64,000 bases of DNA from a virus. The DNA lies in the IMG/VR virus record IMGVR_UViG_3300035105_000276, positions 32,001-96,000 of that record; one strand, given 5' to 3'. Below, one piece after another: positions 1-10,213 of this stretch. The notes beneath the pieces were generated by a model, which saw only the letters and a list, made by a program, of their open reading frames with translations, had not been told where the DNA came from and did no database searches. How positions within the stretch are numbered: position 1 is the stretch's first letter; each line of letters opens with the position of its first letter. Position numbers and translations under genes: made by a program.

Positions 1-942
1 CGTTATATACGCATTGGTGTCTTTCTTACCGATTAAAGCCTGGTAATTGAACATGCCGAACACACCCATGTTAGAGGTGTATGGGTCTTCCACATACTGG
101 GTTTCATTTTTGGAAAACAATAACGCCCGTTTCTCCAAAGGCAGATTCAGAAAAGCCTCCGGAGTTTTCACCTGGTCAAGCACCTGCTGGTTCATGTGTC
201 GAATTTTGAACCGGGAGATGGACCCTGGAGAATCGTTATAGTAGTAACAAAGACTCCCATACGTGGAAGGGTGAATAATCTTTGCGAAATACTCTTCGTA
301 CAGGGCCTGCAGGTTCTGGGGAATGTAATGCTTCATGTGAATCGGTTTTACCCATACCCCTACCGGCAGCAGATGAATTACGCTTTTAGGCAGCTTGCGC
401 ACATTAAGCAGATAGTCCACCGCGGGTTCGCAGTATTTCAGATAATCCGCAGAGCTGTTATTCGCCAGGGTGTACATAATCTTTGACATTCCCACAGCCA
501 CTGCTTTTTTCATTTCCTGGGTTCGATTGTACAGGGTGTAGTCCTCCACAGACGTGGACAGGGCATCTCCCATATTGAACCGGTTGTATATGAACATCAG
601 TGCTTGAACATACGAGCTATTTTTCAGGCGGGCCACCAGGCTGGTGATATCCACCACTACTTTTTCACACCCGCCGCCAAAGCATTTGCCCATGCATTTG
701 TCAAAACTTAAAACAAAGCTGGGGGTTTTATCATCATGGTACGGGCACTTACCCGTAATAGTAGTCTGCCCCTTTAATTGCCATTTGTTCGAGGGTGCAA
801 TCTCAGTCAACAAAGCCAGCCAGTCCTGTGGGGGCCTGATGGTCCAGGTCTTTTTTATCGTGCCGGCATTGATTATATGTTCTTTCGCAGGGGCGTACTT
901 TGAGTGGGGTGCACCGGTTTTCTTGTTCTCAGTTTGTGCCAT
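1..942 (-). CDS. DnaG-type DNA primase, N-terminal part (runs off left edge; absent from ORF track)
   Basis: Manual translation from ATG at 942 is open to base 1: MAQTENKK...KCPYHDDKTPSFVLSFDKCMGKCFGGGC (CHC2 zinc finger). It ends ...NAYIT, just before the expected TOPRIM EG motif. Confidence 0.8.
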   Translation of the reverse strand, partial: MAQTENKKTGAPHSKYAPAKEHIINAGTIKKTWTIRPPQDWLALLTEIAPSNKWQLKGQTTITGKCPYHDDKTPSFVLSFDKCMGKCFGGGCEKVVVDITSLVARLKNSSYVQALMFIYNRFNMGDALSTSVEDYTLYNRTQEMKKAVAVGMSKIMYTLANNSSADYLKYCEPAVDYLLNVRKLPKSVIHLLPVGVWVKPIHMKHYIPQNLQALYEEYFAKIIHPSTYGSLCYYYNDSPGSISRFKIRHMNQQVLDQVKTPEAFLNLPLEKRALLFSKNETQYVEDPYTSNMGVFGMFNYQALIGKKDTNAYIT

Positions 943-954
943 AAAATGCCCCTA

Positions 955-1770
955 TTATTTTTGTTTTTTATTTCTGGATCTCTTCTTTTTCTTTGGACAC
1001 TCCAGCACCTGACACCAGGTGCAGGCATCCACCTTTCTGGATGGTATTGGGAAAATTCCCGTCTCACTTTCTGATAAATCGTGCATTGCCCGGGCCGCTG
1101 CCATAAACCTTTTCTTCCAGTACTTTTCCAACCGGGGGAAATCCGTATCCCGGTGCAGCACTTTGTTAAACTCGATTATGCCGCCCATAAGGTAGGAGCA
1201 CCCGGTTTTCAATTGAGCCAGTTCCGGGTAAGCGGCAAACAGCACCATGGCATAGAAGTTCAGTTGATGCTTCACCTTTGCAGCGTTCTTCTTGGTCTTG
1301 CTTTGAATTTTGTGGTCGATCAATATGCCACCCAAAGGGGTGTTTTTTTCCATGAACAGCACCAGGTCCAGCACTACAATCAATGGGCCCAGATCAATTT
1401 TCAGCTCGGTTCTGGGGGTTGCCTGCCAGCAGACTATGGCTGTATTCAAGCGCTGTGCCATATCTTCAGCCTGGTACTTCAAAGAGTTCACCACCCGTAC
1501 TTCCTCAAAAGTCATGTTCTGGGCTTTGAGTTCTTCTGACCAGACTTTTTGAAACTGTGCAGGATCTGTCACCGTTTTTTCCATCACAGTGTGTACAAAT
1601 ATTCCTGCTTTGGCCAGCACGGAGTGAAACTTCCCAGAGTTATCCGCTTTGAATCCTGACACCTGCTTGTTCAAATATGTGGACTGGAACAACCGAGGAC
1701 ATGCTTCTGCTACCATCAATTTACTGAACGACCACTTACCTTTACCCGGTAAATCCCAGGATATTTCCAT
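955..1770 (-). CDS. PD-(D/E)XK nuclease, Cas4/RecB-like
   Basis: WSFSKL..CPRLF, LDLV, IDHK, QLNFY and C-terminal CTWC..CP (four Cys, Fe-S-type arrangement). Confidence 0.75.
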   Translation of the reverse strand: MEISWDLPGKGKWSFSKLMVAEACPRLFQSTYLNKQVSGFKADNSGKFHSVLAKAGIFVHTVMEKTVTDPAQFQKVWSEELKAQNMTFEEVRVVNSLKYQAEDMAQRLNTAIVCWQATPRTELKIDLGPLIVVLDLVLFMEKNTPLGGILIDHKIQSKTKKNAAKVKHQLNFYAMVLFAAYPELAQLKTGCSYLMGGIIEFNKVLHRDTDFPRLEKYWKKRFMAAARAMHDLSESETGIFPIPSRKVDACTWCQVLECPKKKKRSRNKKQK

Positions 1771-1842
1771 GAAATACTCCTCCTATAAAAATGCAGAAAC
1801 CCGTACCCCTGTATATAAAGGTACGGGTTCGTGCTAAAAAAA

Positions 1843-2541
1843 TTATTTGTTGAGCCACTTTTTGGCTGTGAACACCAGATCAGGGCTGTGCACCTTCTCC
1901 TTGATAACCCATTTCAGGTAAGATTTGGGCACCAGGTCGAATGTTTTACCTTTATGCACTCCCATGGGCACCACATTCAGTTCAAACGGGTTCACAGACA
2001 GATGCATGAACTGATTCAACGCATCCTCGTAAGACCAGTCTGTTTTATGGGAAAGTATCACATTAACCAGTTTGTCAAACACAGCCTCCAGCACCAGAAT
2101 ATCGCCCATGGCATCATGAGCAGGGGCTTCCACCCCTACATCAAAGTAATACCGCAGGAACTGCAGGCTGTGGGACTCCAGTTTCGCACTCCGGTCAATC
2201 CACAGAATCACCCTTCGGGTACAGATGTGCCTGGGCACGGAAATGCCCTCTTTTTCCAGCATATCAATATCGAATTTGGCGTTGTGTGCCACCAGAATGG
2301 TGTCCGGGCCCAGCAGCTTCTGCTGCAACTCTTGTGCTATGGAACTGCCTTTGAAAACAGGGGCATGCTCCACTTTGGATGCCGTGATATGGTGTACTGC
2401 CATGGCGCCCACCTGAATAGGCACTTCCGGTTTAAACAGTGCTGTCACACCCGGGTCATCCTTTGTTTTAAACGCCACCTGTAAAAGCCGGTCTTTTAAG
2501 CTTATACCGGTGGTTTCCGTATCGAGAAATAGTAATTCGAT
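1843..2541 (-). CDS. DEDDh 3'-5' exonuclease (DnaQ/ExoX-like)
   Basis: The frame extends upstream of the track ORF to IELLFLDTETTG (ExoI). Also VAHNAKFD (ExoII), HDAMGD (ExoIII) and a C-terminal PMGVHKG..VPKSYLKW module. Apparent ATC start after AGGAGG. Confidence 0.85.
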   Translation of the reverse strand: MELLFLDTETTGISLKDRLLQVAFKTKDDPGVTALFKPEVPIQVGAMAVHHITASKVEHAPVFKGSSIAQELQQKLLGPDTILVAHNAKFDIDMLEKEGISVPRHICTRRVILWIDRSAKLESHSLQFLRYYFDVGVEAPAHDAMGDILVLEAVFDKLVNVILSHKTDWSYEDALNQFMHLSVNPFELNVVPMGVHKGKTFDLVPKSYLKWVIKEKVHSPDLVFTAKKWLNK

Positions 2542-2611
2542 GGTTGGACCTCCTTTTTTGATTTATCCGGCCCCGCAGATAAAGAATGGGGGCCGGATGT
2601 TGAAAGGTTAA

Positions 2612-3592
2612 TTACACATCAAAGTTTTCGATGGAGTCTTCTGCACTCTCTTTCATGAGAGCTTCCTCCTCGTCCGCAGTGACCGGGGCCTGGGTGGTTT
2701 TGTCAGAATTTTCAGGGGTCACATCAATAGCATCGGTGTAATCCAGCTCACCCAGCTCAGGCTTGGGCGGTTCTTTGGACAGATCCGGCAGGGAATTTGC
2801 CTGGTGCCAAGCAATAACTGGCAGAAACTTTTTCAAGTCCAGAGACTCGTCCTTGACAAAGGTGAACACCATCTGCCAGTAAGTACCCTGATCTCTCTGG
2901 GTCACTTGTACATAATAGGAGCTGGGATCCATCCCCGTTGTCAGCACCCGGTGCACCAGCGTCGGAGTAGTACGCCGCCAGGCATTGAACGTCTCATGCT
3001 GCATCCCTTTAATAGGGATTAGGATCGGCGCTTTCCGGTCAATATCAAAGAATGCATGCAGCACTGTTTCCGTGCATTCAGGGGGTACAGGCACTTTTCT
3101 GTCTCCTTTGACTTCGGTCCCCCATATGCTTTTCGGGCACAGGGATGCCGGCCGGCCGTCCTTCCACACGGTGCATTTTTCAGCTACCGGATTTTCCAGC
3201 TCCGGGCTGGGCCACACACCGTCCCGTGATTTGCATAGCGGCTGATTTTCCCCGGTACCAAACTCAGGCATCAGTGCCCGTTTGTACCCCATGTGGCCGA
3301 TATACAGAAGCCGCAACTTCTCAGAAAACATATAGGCCATGTCTTCTTCAGACACTTCCTGGGTTTCATCTTCCCGGTTGTCGAATGCCCGGAAAAAGAA
3401 CTGGCCCGTTCTGCCCTTGAACTTTTTGTTTTCTTTCACGCTGCCGGGCTGAATGAAATACACCCAGTACGGGATGTTTTCGTACAGCGGAATTTTGTAA
3501 TCGTCCACGGGCATCACTTTCATGTCACCCAGCTCCATGACCTCAAGATCCTTGATGTCACCCTCGTACCGCATAAGCTCTAAGCTACTCAT
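2612..3592 (-). CDS. Putative single-stranded DNA-binding / recombination protein
   Basis: PLCKSRDG.P..C..CP..WG..C pattern of a phage family, very acidic C-terminal tail, and location in the replication cluster. Confidence 0.45.
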   Translation of the reverse strand: MSSLELMRYEGDIKDLEVMELGDMKVMPVDDYKIPLYENIPYWVYFIQPGSVKENKKFKGRTGQFFFRAFDNREDETQEVSEEDMAYMFSEKLRLLYIGHMGYKRALMPEFGTGENQPLCKSRDGVWPSPELENPVAEKCTVWKDGRPASLCPKSIWGTEVKGDRKVPVPPECTETVLHAFFDIDRKAPILIPIKGMQHETFNAWRRTTPTLVHRVLTTGMDPSSYYVQVTQRDQGTYWQMVFTFVKDESLDLKKFLPVIAWHQANSLPDLSKEPPKPELGELDYTDAIDVTPENSDKTTQAPVTADEEEALMKESAEDSIENFDV

Positions 3593-3723
3593 ACTTTCTC
3601 CTTTAAAATAAAAATTACGGGGCACAACAGCTGTTCCCCTGGCGTTAAATTGACCTGCTCTATAATCCCGCCGCACCGGTTTACCGAATAATGGGCGGAA
3701 TCATTTAAAAGTTAATAGATGCG

Positions 3724-3795
3724 AATATTCAAAATTGAATATTTTTTGAATATTTTTGTATTTTGCTTGACTAGGCTGTATCTACGGAGTATATA
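3724..3795 (+). promoter_or_regulatory. Host-type sigma70 promoter for the XRE gene with an adjacent operator-like palindrome
   Basis: TTGACT(3767)-17 nt-TATATA(3790). Perfect inverted repeat AATATTCAA-AA-TTGAATATT at 3724-3743. Confidence 0.55.
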
Positions 3796-3801
3796 AAATT
3801 T

Positions 3802-4206
3802 ATGAATCTGGGTTCAAAAATAAAACAGCTTCGTAAAGCGGCTAAACTCACCCAGGCTGAGCTGGGGTCCAGGGCTTTTAGTATCCCTGAATCTACGGCC
3901 CAAACCCGGGTTAACCGCATAGAGCATGGGGTACGCGACATATCCAGGGACGAGCTGCAGCAGATAGCCAGAGTGCTTGGAGTTGATATTGAAAACTTCA
4001 AAGGACTGACCCCTCATCATGAAACTTTGGATATTTTGCAGTCCGTCCAGATAATTGAAGATACGTACCCGGAACTCAAATCTCTTCGCCACATCCTCGC
4101 ATTTGCACTCTCAAAAAAAGACTCTTTCCTTGTGAACCATACCTGGGGCATGGTTAAACCCTATGCAGAATCCCAGATAAAAAAGCACAGTTCCAAGGGA
4201 GGATAA
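3802..4206 (+). CDS. XRE/cI-like HTH repressor
   Basis: LGSKIKQLRKAAKLTQAELG...VNRIEHG.R.IS...LQQIARVLGV. Confidence 0.9.
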   Translation: MNLGSKIKQLRKAAKLTQAELGSRAFSIPESTAQTRVNRIEHGVRDISRDELQQIARVLGVDIENFKGLTPHHETLDILQSVQIIEDTYPELKSLRHILAFALSKKDSFLVNHTWGMVKPYAESQIKKHSSKGG

Positions 4207-4266
4207 ATCTAATTTAATCGTAAGAAGAATCCCACAAAATCTTATAACAAAAACAAGGAGATTTTT

Positions 4267-5133
4267 ATGTCGTATGTGAGTAAGATGGACACCATAGAAT
4301 TTATGAACAGGCACCTGGAAGCCACAATGGGGGCCCGGGTACCCGATAAAAAACGAGCTCAGTTCCTACACACAATTCTGACTGAATTCCATACGAGTAC
4401 CTGTACTCAGGTACGAAAGCGTGAAATAGCATCCGATGTTATACGGGAAGTGTTTTTTTTATGCGTGCGCAATGCCGGGGGTAGGACATCGCCCTCAACT
4501 TCCATTGATGATATCCTTTCTCTGATGGTGAGCAATGTGATACAGGCCATTGAAAACTACGACCCGTCCATTGAAGCCAAGTTTTCATCGTTTTTAAGGG
4601 GATACCTTAAAAACGCGATATCCACTGCTTACAAAGATACATTCCTCATTCGGCACCCTTACAGATCCAGGATGGAAACCATTAAAAAGATTAAGGCTCT
4701 GCAAGACGGGGAAACAGAAAACCGGATGACCCCCAGGGAAAAGAAAGAGATGTTCGAAGAATTTGTACAGGCTCTGACCCCCGATGTATCATTTTTTGAA
4801 GATACTGAATGGGAACCCGGGTCTGTTGTAGACTCTGCTTTGCCCACCAACTGTGCGGAGCCTGTGGATGCAATGGAGCAGTTATTGTCCGGAGAAAAAC
4901 TTTATCTCCTGGGGCATGTACTGGCATATGACCACCCACTGTTATCCCCTAAAGAAAAACTGGTGATTAAGCATAGATACGGAGTATTCGGGCACGAAAA
5001 ATTGACCCTGGAGGAGGTGGCTGAAAGATTCCACTCTCTAGATTGGCGGGCAACAAAGGAATGGGTATTTCAATTGGAAAAGCGAGCTCTAGATAAAATC
5101 AGAGCCCACTTCCAACTTTACGCTCTGGAATAG
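4267..5133 (+). CDS. Sigma-70 family RNA polymerase sigma factor
   Basis: Region 2 AIENYDPSIEAKFSSFLRGYLKNAI. Region 4 LSPKEKLVIKHRYG..LTLEEVA..TKEWVFQLEKRALDKIR. Confidence 0.85.
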   Translation: MSYVSKMDTIEFMNRHLEATMGARVPDKKRAQFLHTILTEFHTSTCTQVRKREIASDVIREVFFLCVRNAGGRTSPSTSIDDILSLMVSNVIQAIENYDPSIEAKFSSFLRGYLKNAISTAYKDTFLIRHPYRSRMETIKKIKALQDGETENRMTPREKKEMFEEFVQALTPDVSFFEDTEWEPGSVVDSALPTNCAEPVDAMEQLLSGEKLYLLGHVLAYDHPLLSPKEKLVIKHRYGVFGHEKLTLEEVAERFHSLDWRATKEWVFQLEKRALDKIRAHFQLYALE

Positions 5134-5141
5134 ACGGCCAT

Positions 5142-5474
5142 CTATTCAGAGCCTTCACCGGGTTGGGGCGATAAATCCTCATTCAACTTTCGCCTCAATC
5201 CGAGCAACATATCATACTGTAATTGATCCAGAAACAGCACCTTGCAATGAGGACACACCACTGCTGATATCTCAACGTCATGTTCAGGTATACGGGTAAC
5301 TGACTGAGGGGTCAGCATAAACCCCACAAAATCCGCTTCCACAATTTCAGAATTACAATTCGGGCATTTCAAGGGTGTTTTCACCAATTTGTCCATACAG
5401 GTATCATAGATATTTTTATCCGCTACCCTATTTGGTTTAGAGATAATTTCCCCACCACAAGAGTCACATTTCAT
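5142..5474 (-). CDS. Zinc-ribbon protein
   Basis: Three CxxC motifs (CDSC, CPNC, CPHC). Confidence 0.6.
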   Translation of the reverse strand: MKCDSCGGEIISKPNRVADKNIYDTCMDKLVKTPLKCPNCNSEIVEADFVGFMLTPQSVTRIPEHDVEISAVVCPHCKVLFLDQLQYDMLLGLRRKLNEDLSPQPGEGSE

Positions 5475-5594
5475 TTTTTAAAAATCCCATCTTTTCACAG
5501 TGTGCATACCAATTTATTATTGTGCAGCCAGAGCCCAAAATTTTCCATAGCAACCAAAAGCACACTTACAAGCGGATCTATACCAGAAAGGGTG

Positions 5595-6389
5595 TCAATT
5601 GTCCACTGTATTTTGGATACTACCTGCACCACTGGCACTATCAGTGATGTTTTTTCTGATACTACTGATATCTCGACTGGCACTCTGCTGCTTAAAAACG
5701 TATAGTTTACCTACGGCATGTTCAAACTTCACATAATGTGAGTTTGTATCACCTCCTAAATATCTAGTCAAAGCAAATTTTAAAGAATCGCCAGAATTTT
5801 GGCGTTTTCCCTGGTCCCAATAATGCGATAAAATGTACGCACCCGCTCTCATATTAATCACAGGATCGTATAAGTCCTTCAATTTACCTGCAATTCCAGC
5901 CGCCGTAAGTCCATCTTTATTATCCTCGTCAGCCAACCACACAGCCGGATTTATCTGAAGTAGCCCAACACAATCCGATTCGGAAACAGCGGCATAGTTA
6001 AAAGTTGACTCTACGAATGCCAAGGCAATCAGGTACGCTGGCGGAATGCCGAATTCTTCTCCCGCATCAACAGCAGCCTGGGCGATCATGTAGGCCAGAT
6101 CCGGAAATACCCGATAGTTAGAAACCATCACGAATCCAGCCAGCTGGTGTATTTGGTCATTTTCCTGGTCCGTGCCTGCCTCTTCTGCACCAATTTCAGG
6201 CACAATAGGTTCTGCATGTGTCTGTACAGGTTTCCATCCTTCATTTGGGAATACCTTTTGCGTTACCTGGGTAGCAGCCCCAATAGTCATTACCAGCAAA
6301 GCCAACGCCCCAAACAACGCTATTCCCCATCTTGGTAAATCAAACAATTTTAATCGCCTCCTTTTTTTCCGCCGCCAGGCGGGTTTCAT
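5595..6389 (-). CDS. Lytic transglycosylase (SLT) with N-terminal membrane anchor
   Basis: AFVESTF..AVS...VGLLQI..LYDPVIN..AGAYIL, plus a basic N-terminus followed by a hydrophobic helix. Confidence 0.85.
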   Translation of the reverse strand: MKPAWRRKKRRRLKLFDLPRWGIALFGALALLVMTIGAATQVTQKVFPNEGWKPVQTHAEPIVPEIGAEEAGTDQENDQIHQLAGFVMVSNYRVFPDLAYMIAQAAVDAGEEFGIPPAYLIALAFVESTFNYAAVSESDCVGLLQINPAVWLADEDNKDGLTAAGIAGKLKDLYDPVINMRAGAYILSHYWDQGKRQNSGDSLKFALTRYLGGDTNSHYVKFEHAVGKLYVFKQQSASRDISSIRKNITDSASGAGSIQNTVDN

Positions 6390-8298
6390 AATGAATACAA
6401 TCCTGTGCGTATGGCCATACCTGCCGTTCCAGGCACTCCATTCTTTTTGTAGTCGGGCATTTCATGCACACATTTGTGGATTGCATAAAATCCTTAACGT
6501 CCTGTTTTTTCGCAAGCATGGCCAGAATCCCATCTTCTACGGATACCGGATGCACCAGATCTTTCACCAGTGTTTTCCTGTCCTGCCCTATGCGATAGTT
6601 TCTTTCCAAAGACTGCAGCCGGTGGTCCAGATCCAGGCTGTAACTGTAATTAATCATAGATACAGCTGATGTCAGAGTCAGGCCAACCCCGGCGCTTACC
6701 TGGGATAAAAACACCAGATTACTTTTATTATCCTGAAATGCAGATTCGCACTGGGGGGTGTCCGAAGTTACGTATGGGATTTTCGCTTTATCCAGCATAT
6801 CCCCTATCAGAACCAAATCCGGTTTATACATCACCCAGATAATTGCTTTCTCCTGCTGTACAGAGTTCACCCCCAGGTCTGTGAGCAGCTCTTTCAACAG
6901 TTCCAGTTTAGGGTTCTTTTTGAAAAACAGCACCCGCCTGGCAGGTTTCCGCACAGGATGCTCTGGGTTATATTTTTGACACTCTTTGTCCCAGGGGAAT
7001 ACTTCTTTTTCACTGCCATCTTCCGGGAACATGCATTGCAGTAATGCGTCACAGGTATTGCACAGCCGGTAATCCCGTTCATGGCTTAAAATAATGAAAC
7101 CTGACAGAATCTGCCTCAGTTTATTCAGCTTAATGAGCGGCATCCCACATCGAATCTCTCCGTGAGTATCCGGTGATGGCCTTTCCAGGCTTGGCTTCAG
7201 TCCTCCTTTTAACGGCAGCCACACCGTATCATTATCTTTTATCGCATCGTATACATCCCGCTGTTCAGCAGACATTTCGTACTCTTCAATAATAAATGTC
7301 CTTTCAGGAAGATCGATGCACTCGTCCCTGTCTTTAATCAGCATGTATGGATCTATCAGCATTTTGAGATCATCCAGATTTTTATACCCTGTAATCACAT
7401 GCTTGTTGTAGGGTGAAAATTCGCAATACTTTCTACGAAATTCCCAATAATTGGATCCCAGTATTTCGCTGTCCATCACTTTGAATGGTACAAAAATATC
7501 AGTAGGTTTCCCCTTGGACAGAGTACCTGACAGCAGATATCTGTAAAATGCCCCTTCTGCTAGTTCGCATATTATTTTAGACCTTTCTTTATCGTGGCCC
7601 TGAAGCCTGGATGCTTCATCAATAATTACACAATCATATTCCAGTTTGTGGTAAAAATAATAATCCGCTTTTCCTGTTTTTGTGGGCTTGGGCCCCTCAA
7701 AATTTGATACCAGAATATCCCAGTCCTGGTCTTCGCCGTGCAGAACGCTTTCCCGTATTTTTTCCCGCTGTTTGGCAGTACCTCGATACAGAACTGCCTT
7801 CAGATTTGTGAATTTTTTAATCTCTTTCATCCAGGTGTCCATTACAATCACAGGTCCGAACACCAGAGCTCTACGCTTTGTAATGTCCAGGTAATGCACT
7901 GCAATAAATGTTTTACCCAGGCCCATTGCCAGGCCCAGGCCCAGGCGAGGGTAATTCAGCATGAACTCCAGTGCCTGAAGCTGGTGTACATAAGGGGCTA
8001 CGGAAAACGTGTACTCCAGGCCATTCACCGTAGTGAAGTTTTCCAACAGCTCCGGCACAGATTTCAGGTACTGTATCTGGTGCATAGCGGACTCAGCTGC
8101 TTTGCCTTTGGGCAACACTGCTTTGAAATCTTTCAGGCTGGTAACCCCCATAGGATAAGCCCCCAAAAAAGAGTTCACACGGCCGGCTTTAGGGAACGAT
8201 TTGTACTGAATGCGGTGAATTTTCTCCACATTAGGGTTGCGTGATTTAAAATAAAACTCCTGGCTTTTCGGAGAAAAATACAATGTTTCGTTAAGCAT
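6340..8298 (-). CDS. SNF2-family (SF2) helicase
   Basis: MGLGKT, IIDEAS, LSGT, GVGLTL, QSLERNYRIGQ. Confidence 0.9.
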   Translation of the reverse strand: MLNETLYFSPKSQEFYFKSRNPNVEKIHRIQYKSFPKAGRVNSFLGAYPMGVTSLKDFKAVLPKGKAAESAMHQIQYLKSVPELLENFTTVNGLEYTFSVAPYVHQLQALEFMLNYPRLGLGLAMGLGKTFIAVHYLDITKRRALVFGPVIVMDTWMKEIKKFTNLKAVLYRGTAKQREKIRESVLHGEDQDWDILVSNFEGPKPTKTGKADYYFYHKLEYDCVIIDEASRLQGHDKERSKIICELAEGAFYRYLLSGTLSKGKPTDIFVPFKVMDSEILGSNYWEFRRKYCEFSPYNKHVITGYKNLDDLKMLIDPYMLIKDRDECIDLPERTFIIEEYEMSAEQRDVYDAIKDNDTVWLPLKGGLKPSLERPSPDTHGEIRCGMPLIKLNKLRQILSGFIILSHERDYRLCNTCDALLQCMFPEDGSEKEVFPWDKECQKYNPEHPVRKPARRVLFFKKNPKLELLKELLTDLGVNSVQQEKAIIWVMYKPDLVLIGDMLDKAKIPYVTSDTPQCESAFQDNKSNLVFLSQVSAGVGLTLTSAVSMINYSYSLDLDHRLQSLERNYRIGQDRKTLVKDLVHPVSVEDGILAMLAKKQDVKDFMQSTNVCMKCPTTKRMECLERQVWPYAQDCIHYETRLAAEKKEAIKIV

Positions 8299-8403
8299 AC
8301 ATATGCGTCCTTTCGTTTAGTAAAAGTTGATCTTTTGAATACTGGGGGATTTCACCGAAAAGTGAAGACCACTAAACCCGGGTAAAGGGGCTACAAGTAC
8401 CTT

Positions 8404-8433
8404 CTTATACCAAAAAACCCCGGTATTTTTGAC
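8404..8433 (-). promoter_or_regulatory. Class A phage promoter (variant)
   Basis: GTCAAAA-17-TATAAG upstream of the helicase gene. Confidence 0.5.
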
Positions 8434-8509
8434 CTGAGCAACTTAATAAACACCTCGTGATCCACCACTCTTTAATAGATTTTGAACTTGAACCCCAGGG
8501 AGTGTTGGA

Positions 8510-10204
8510 ATGACAATAGATGGATTTACCGGTGACAGTTTCGGCGCCAGAACCGGTACAAAATACACGCGTCTTTATAACAACCAGTTTTTTGATTACC
8601 TTTCAGAGCAGCTGCCCAAAGATCACAGGGAGATGATGAAATGGTGCGAAGTGGTATACCACAGCTCCCCTGCCCTGGTTAACGGGATTAAGAAGCTAAT
8701 CAGTTACCCCATCACCTCGTTCCAATACGAAACCAAATCAGAGACAGTCCGGGAAGAAACCAAGGATCTTCTGGAAAACAAGCTGAACATGATCAGCCAC
8801 TTGATTCAGACGGGGTTGGACTTTTATGTGTATGGGAATGCCTTCAGGGGTATCTATTACCCGTTTGTCCGTAACCTGGTGTGTAAACACTGCAACCACG
8901 CCACCAATATCAAGTATGCGAAATACACCTTACGCAAGGGTAAATTTGTTCTGGAGGGCTGTGGCCATTGCGGGAGAAAAGGCGTGGCCATTATAAAGGA
9001 CGAATTCAATTTTAACCCCGGCGAAATACGTTTAATTAACTGGGACCCTAAGCAGATACACCTGCTGTCCAACCCTATTACCACAGACACATCATATTAC
9101 TACGACCTCCCGCCCGTGTTAAAGCAGGGGCTGGCCAAGGGCGAAGAAATTATGGCAGCCACCTTGCCCTCCGTATTTATCGATGCGTTCTCTCAAAACA
9201 AGAGGGTACGGTTCAACGATAACTTTTATCATCTGAGAACTGCCAGTGTTGCCGGGTACTCTTCCGGGTGGGGCATCCCGCCTTTGGCCCCTGCTTTGAA
9301 ATTATTTTTGTACAATAGCATTCTGCGTAAAAGCGTGGAAGCCATCAGTATGGAACACATTACCCCCCAGCGTATTTTATACCCTCAGGGCACCTCGTCG
9401 GATCCGACCCTGGTATCTTCTTTGGGGAAATGGCGGGAGCAGGTTCAAAAGGCCATTGAGCGATGGAGAATGGACCCCAACTATGTGATGCTGGCCCCCT
9501 ACCCCACGGGTGTGGCCAACGTCGGCAGCCAGGGCCGGGCCATGATGCCCACGGCTGAGATTAAGCAGGTGGACCAGGACATGCTGCTGGCCCTGGATAT
9601 TCCCATTGAGTTTGTGTACGGAGGCATGAAGCTGGAAACAGGTTCCGTTAGCTTACGCATTCTTGAGAATCAGTTACGGCCTTATGTGAATCAGCTCACC
9701 CGGTATGTGAACTGGATCATTGATAACATCAACGCCAAGTACAATAAAAATTACTGCCATGTGAAGTTCGGGGATTTCACCCTGGCAGACGATATGATGA
9801 AACGCCAGCTGCTTATGCAGATGGCCGGCAACGGAGCCTCTCTGTCCACAGTCCAGGAATCCCTGGGGTTGGATCCGGATGAAGAGATGGAGAAACAGTA
9901 CGAAGATACCGTCAAACAGTACACCCAGCAGAAACGGGTGGAAACAGCTACCCGAAAAATCGACCAGAACATTATGAACCGTGCCACAGAACGGCAGCAG
10001 GCGGATCAGGATGGGACCCTTCCCAGCTATGATCAGCAAAAGCTGGTGGCTGCTGCACAGATGCGTGCCCAGGAGTTGCTGTCTGTGCCTTACGAGGAAC
10101 GCCGCAGTCTGCTGGCTCAGCTGAGCAATGAAGACTATGTGATGTATGCCCTTGTGTCTGCACAGATGGAGAGCATGCGAAATGCTATGGAGAAAATGGA
10201 GTAG
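8510..10204 (+). CDS. Putative portal protein with inserted zinc ribbon
   Basis: Size, SPALVNGIKKLISYPI, GLDFYVYGNAF, GWGIPPL, ALDIPIEF and LRILEN resemble portal folds. CKHC/CGHC insertion. Confidence 0.55.
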   Translation: MTIDGFTGDSFGARTGTKYTRLYNNQFFDYLSEQLPKDHREMMKWCEVVYHSSPALVNGIKKLISYPITSFQYETKSETVREETKDLLENKLNMISHLIQTGLDFYVYGNAFRGIYYPFVRNLVCKHCNHATNIKYAKYTLRKGKFVLEGCGHCGRKGVAIIKDEFNFNPGEIRLINWDPKQIHLLSNPITTDTSYYYDLPPVLKQGLAKGEEIMAATLPSVFIDAFSQNKRVRFNDNFYHLRTASVAGYSSGWGIPPLAPALKLFLYNSILRKSVEAISMEHITPQRILYPQGTSSDPTLVSSLGKWREQVQKAIERWRMDPNYVMLAPYPTGVANVGSQGRAMMPTAEIKQVDQDMLLALDIPIEFVYGGMKLETGSVSLRILENQLRPYVNQLTRYVNWIIDNINAKYNKNYCHVKFGDFTLADDMMKRQLLMQMAGNGASLSTVQESLGLDPDEEMEKQYEDTVKQYTQQKRVETATRKIDQNIMNRATERQQADQDGTLPSYDQQKLVAAAQMRAQELLSVPYEERRSLLAQLSNEDYVMYALVSAQMESMRNAMEKME

Positions 10205-10213
10205 GAGGAAGTT

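Noticed and set aside
955-1770. CRISPR-associated Cas4
   Set aside because: It stands alone in a replication cluster with no cas1/cas2, as is typical of phage PD-(D/E)XK nucleases.
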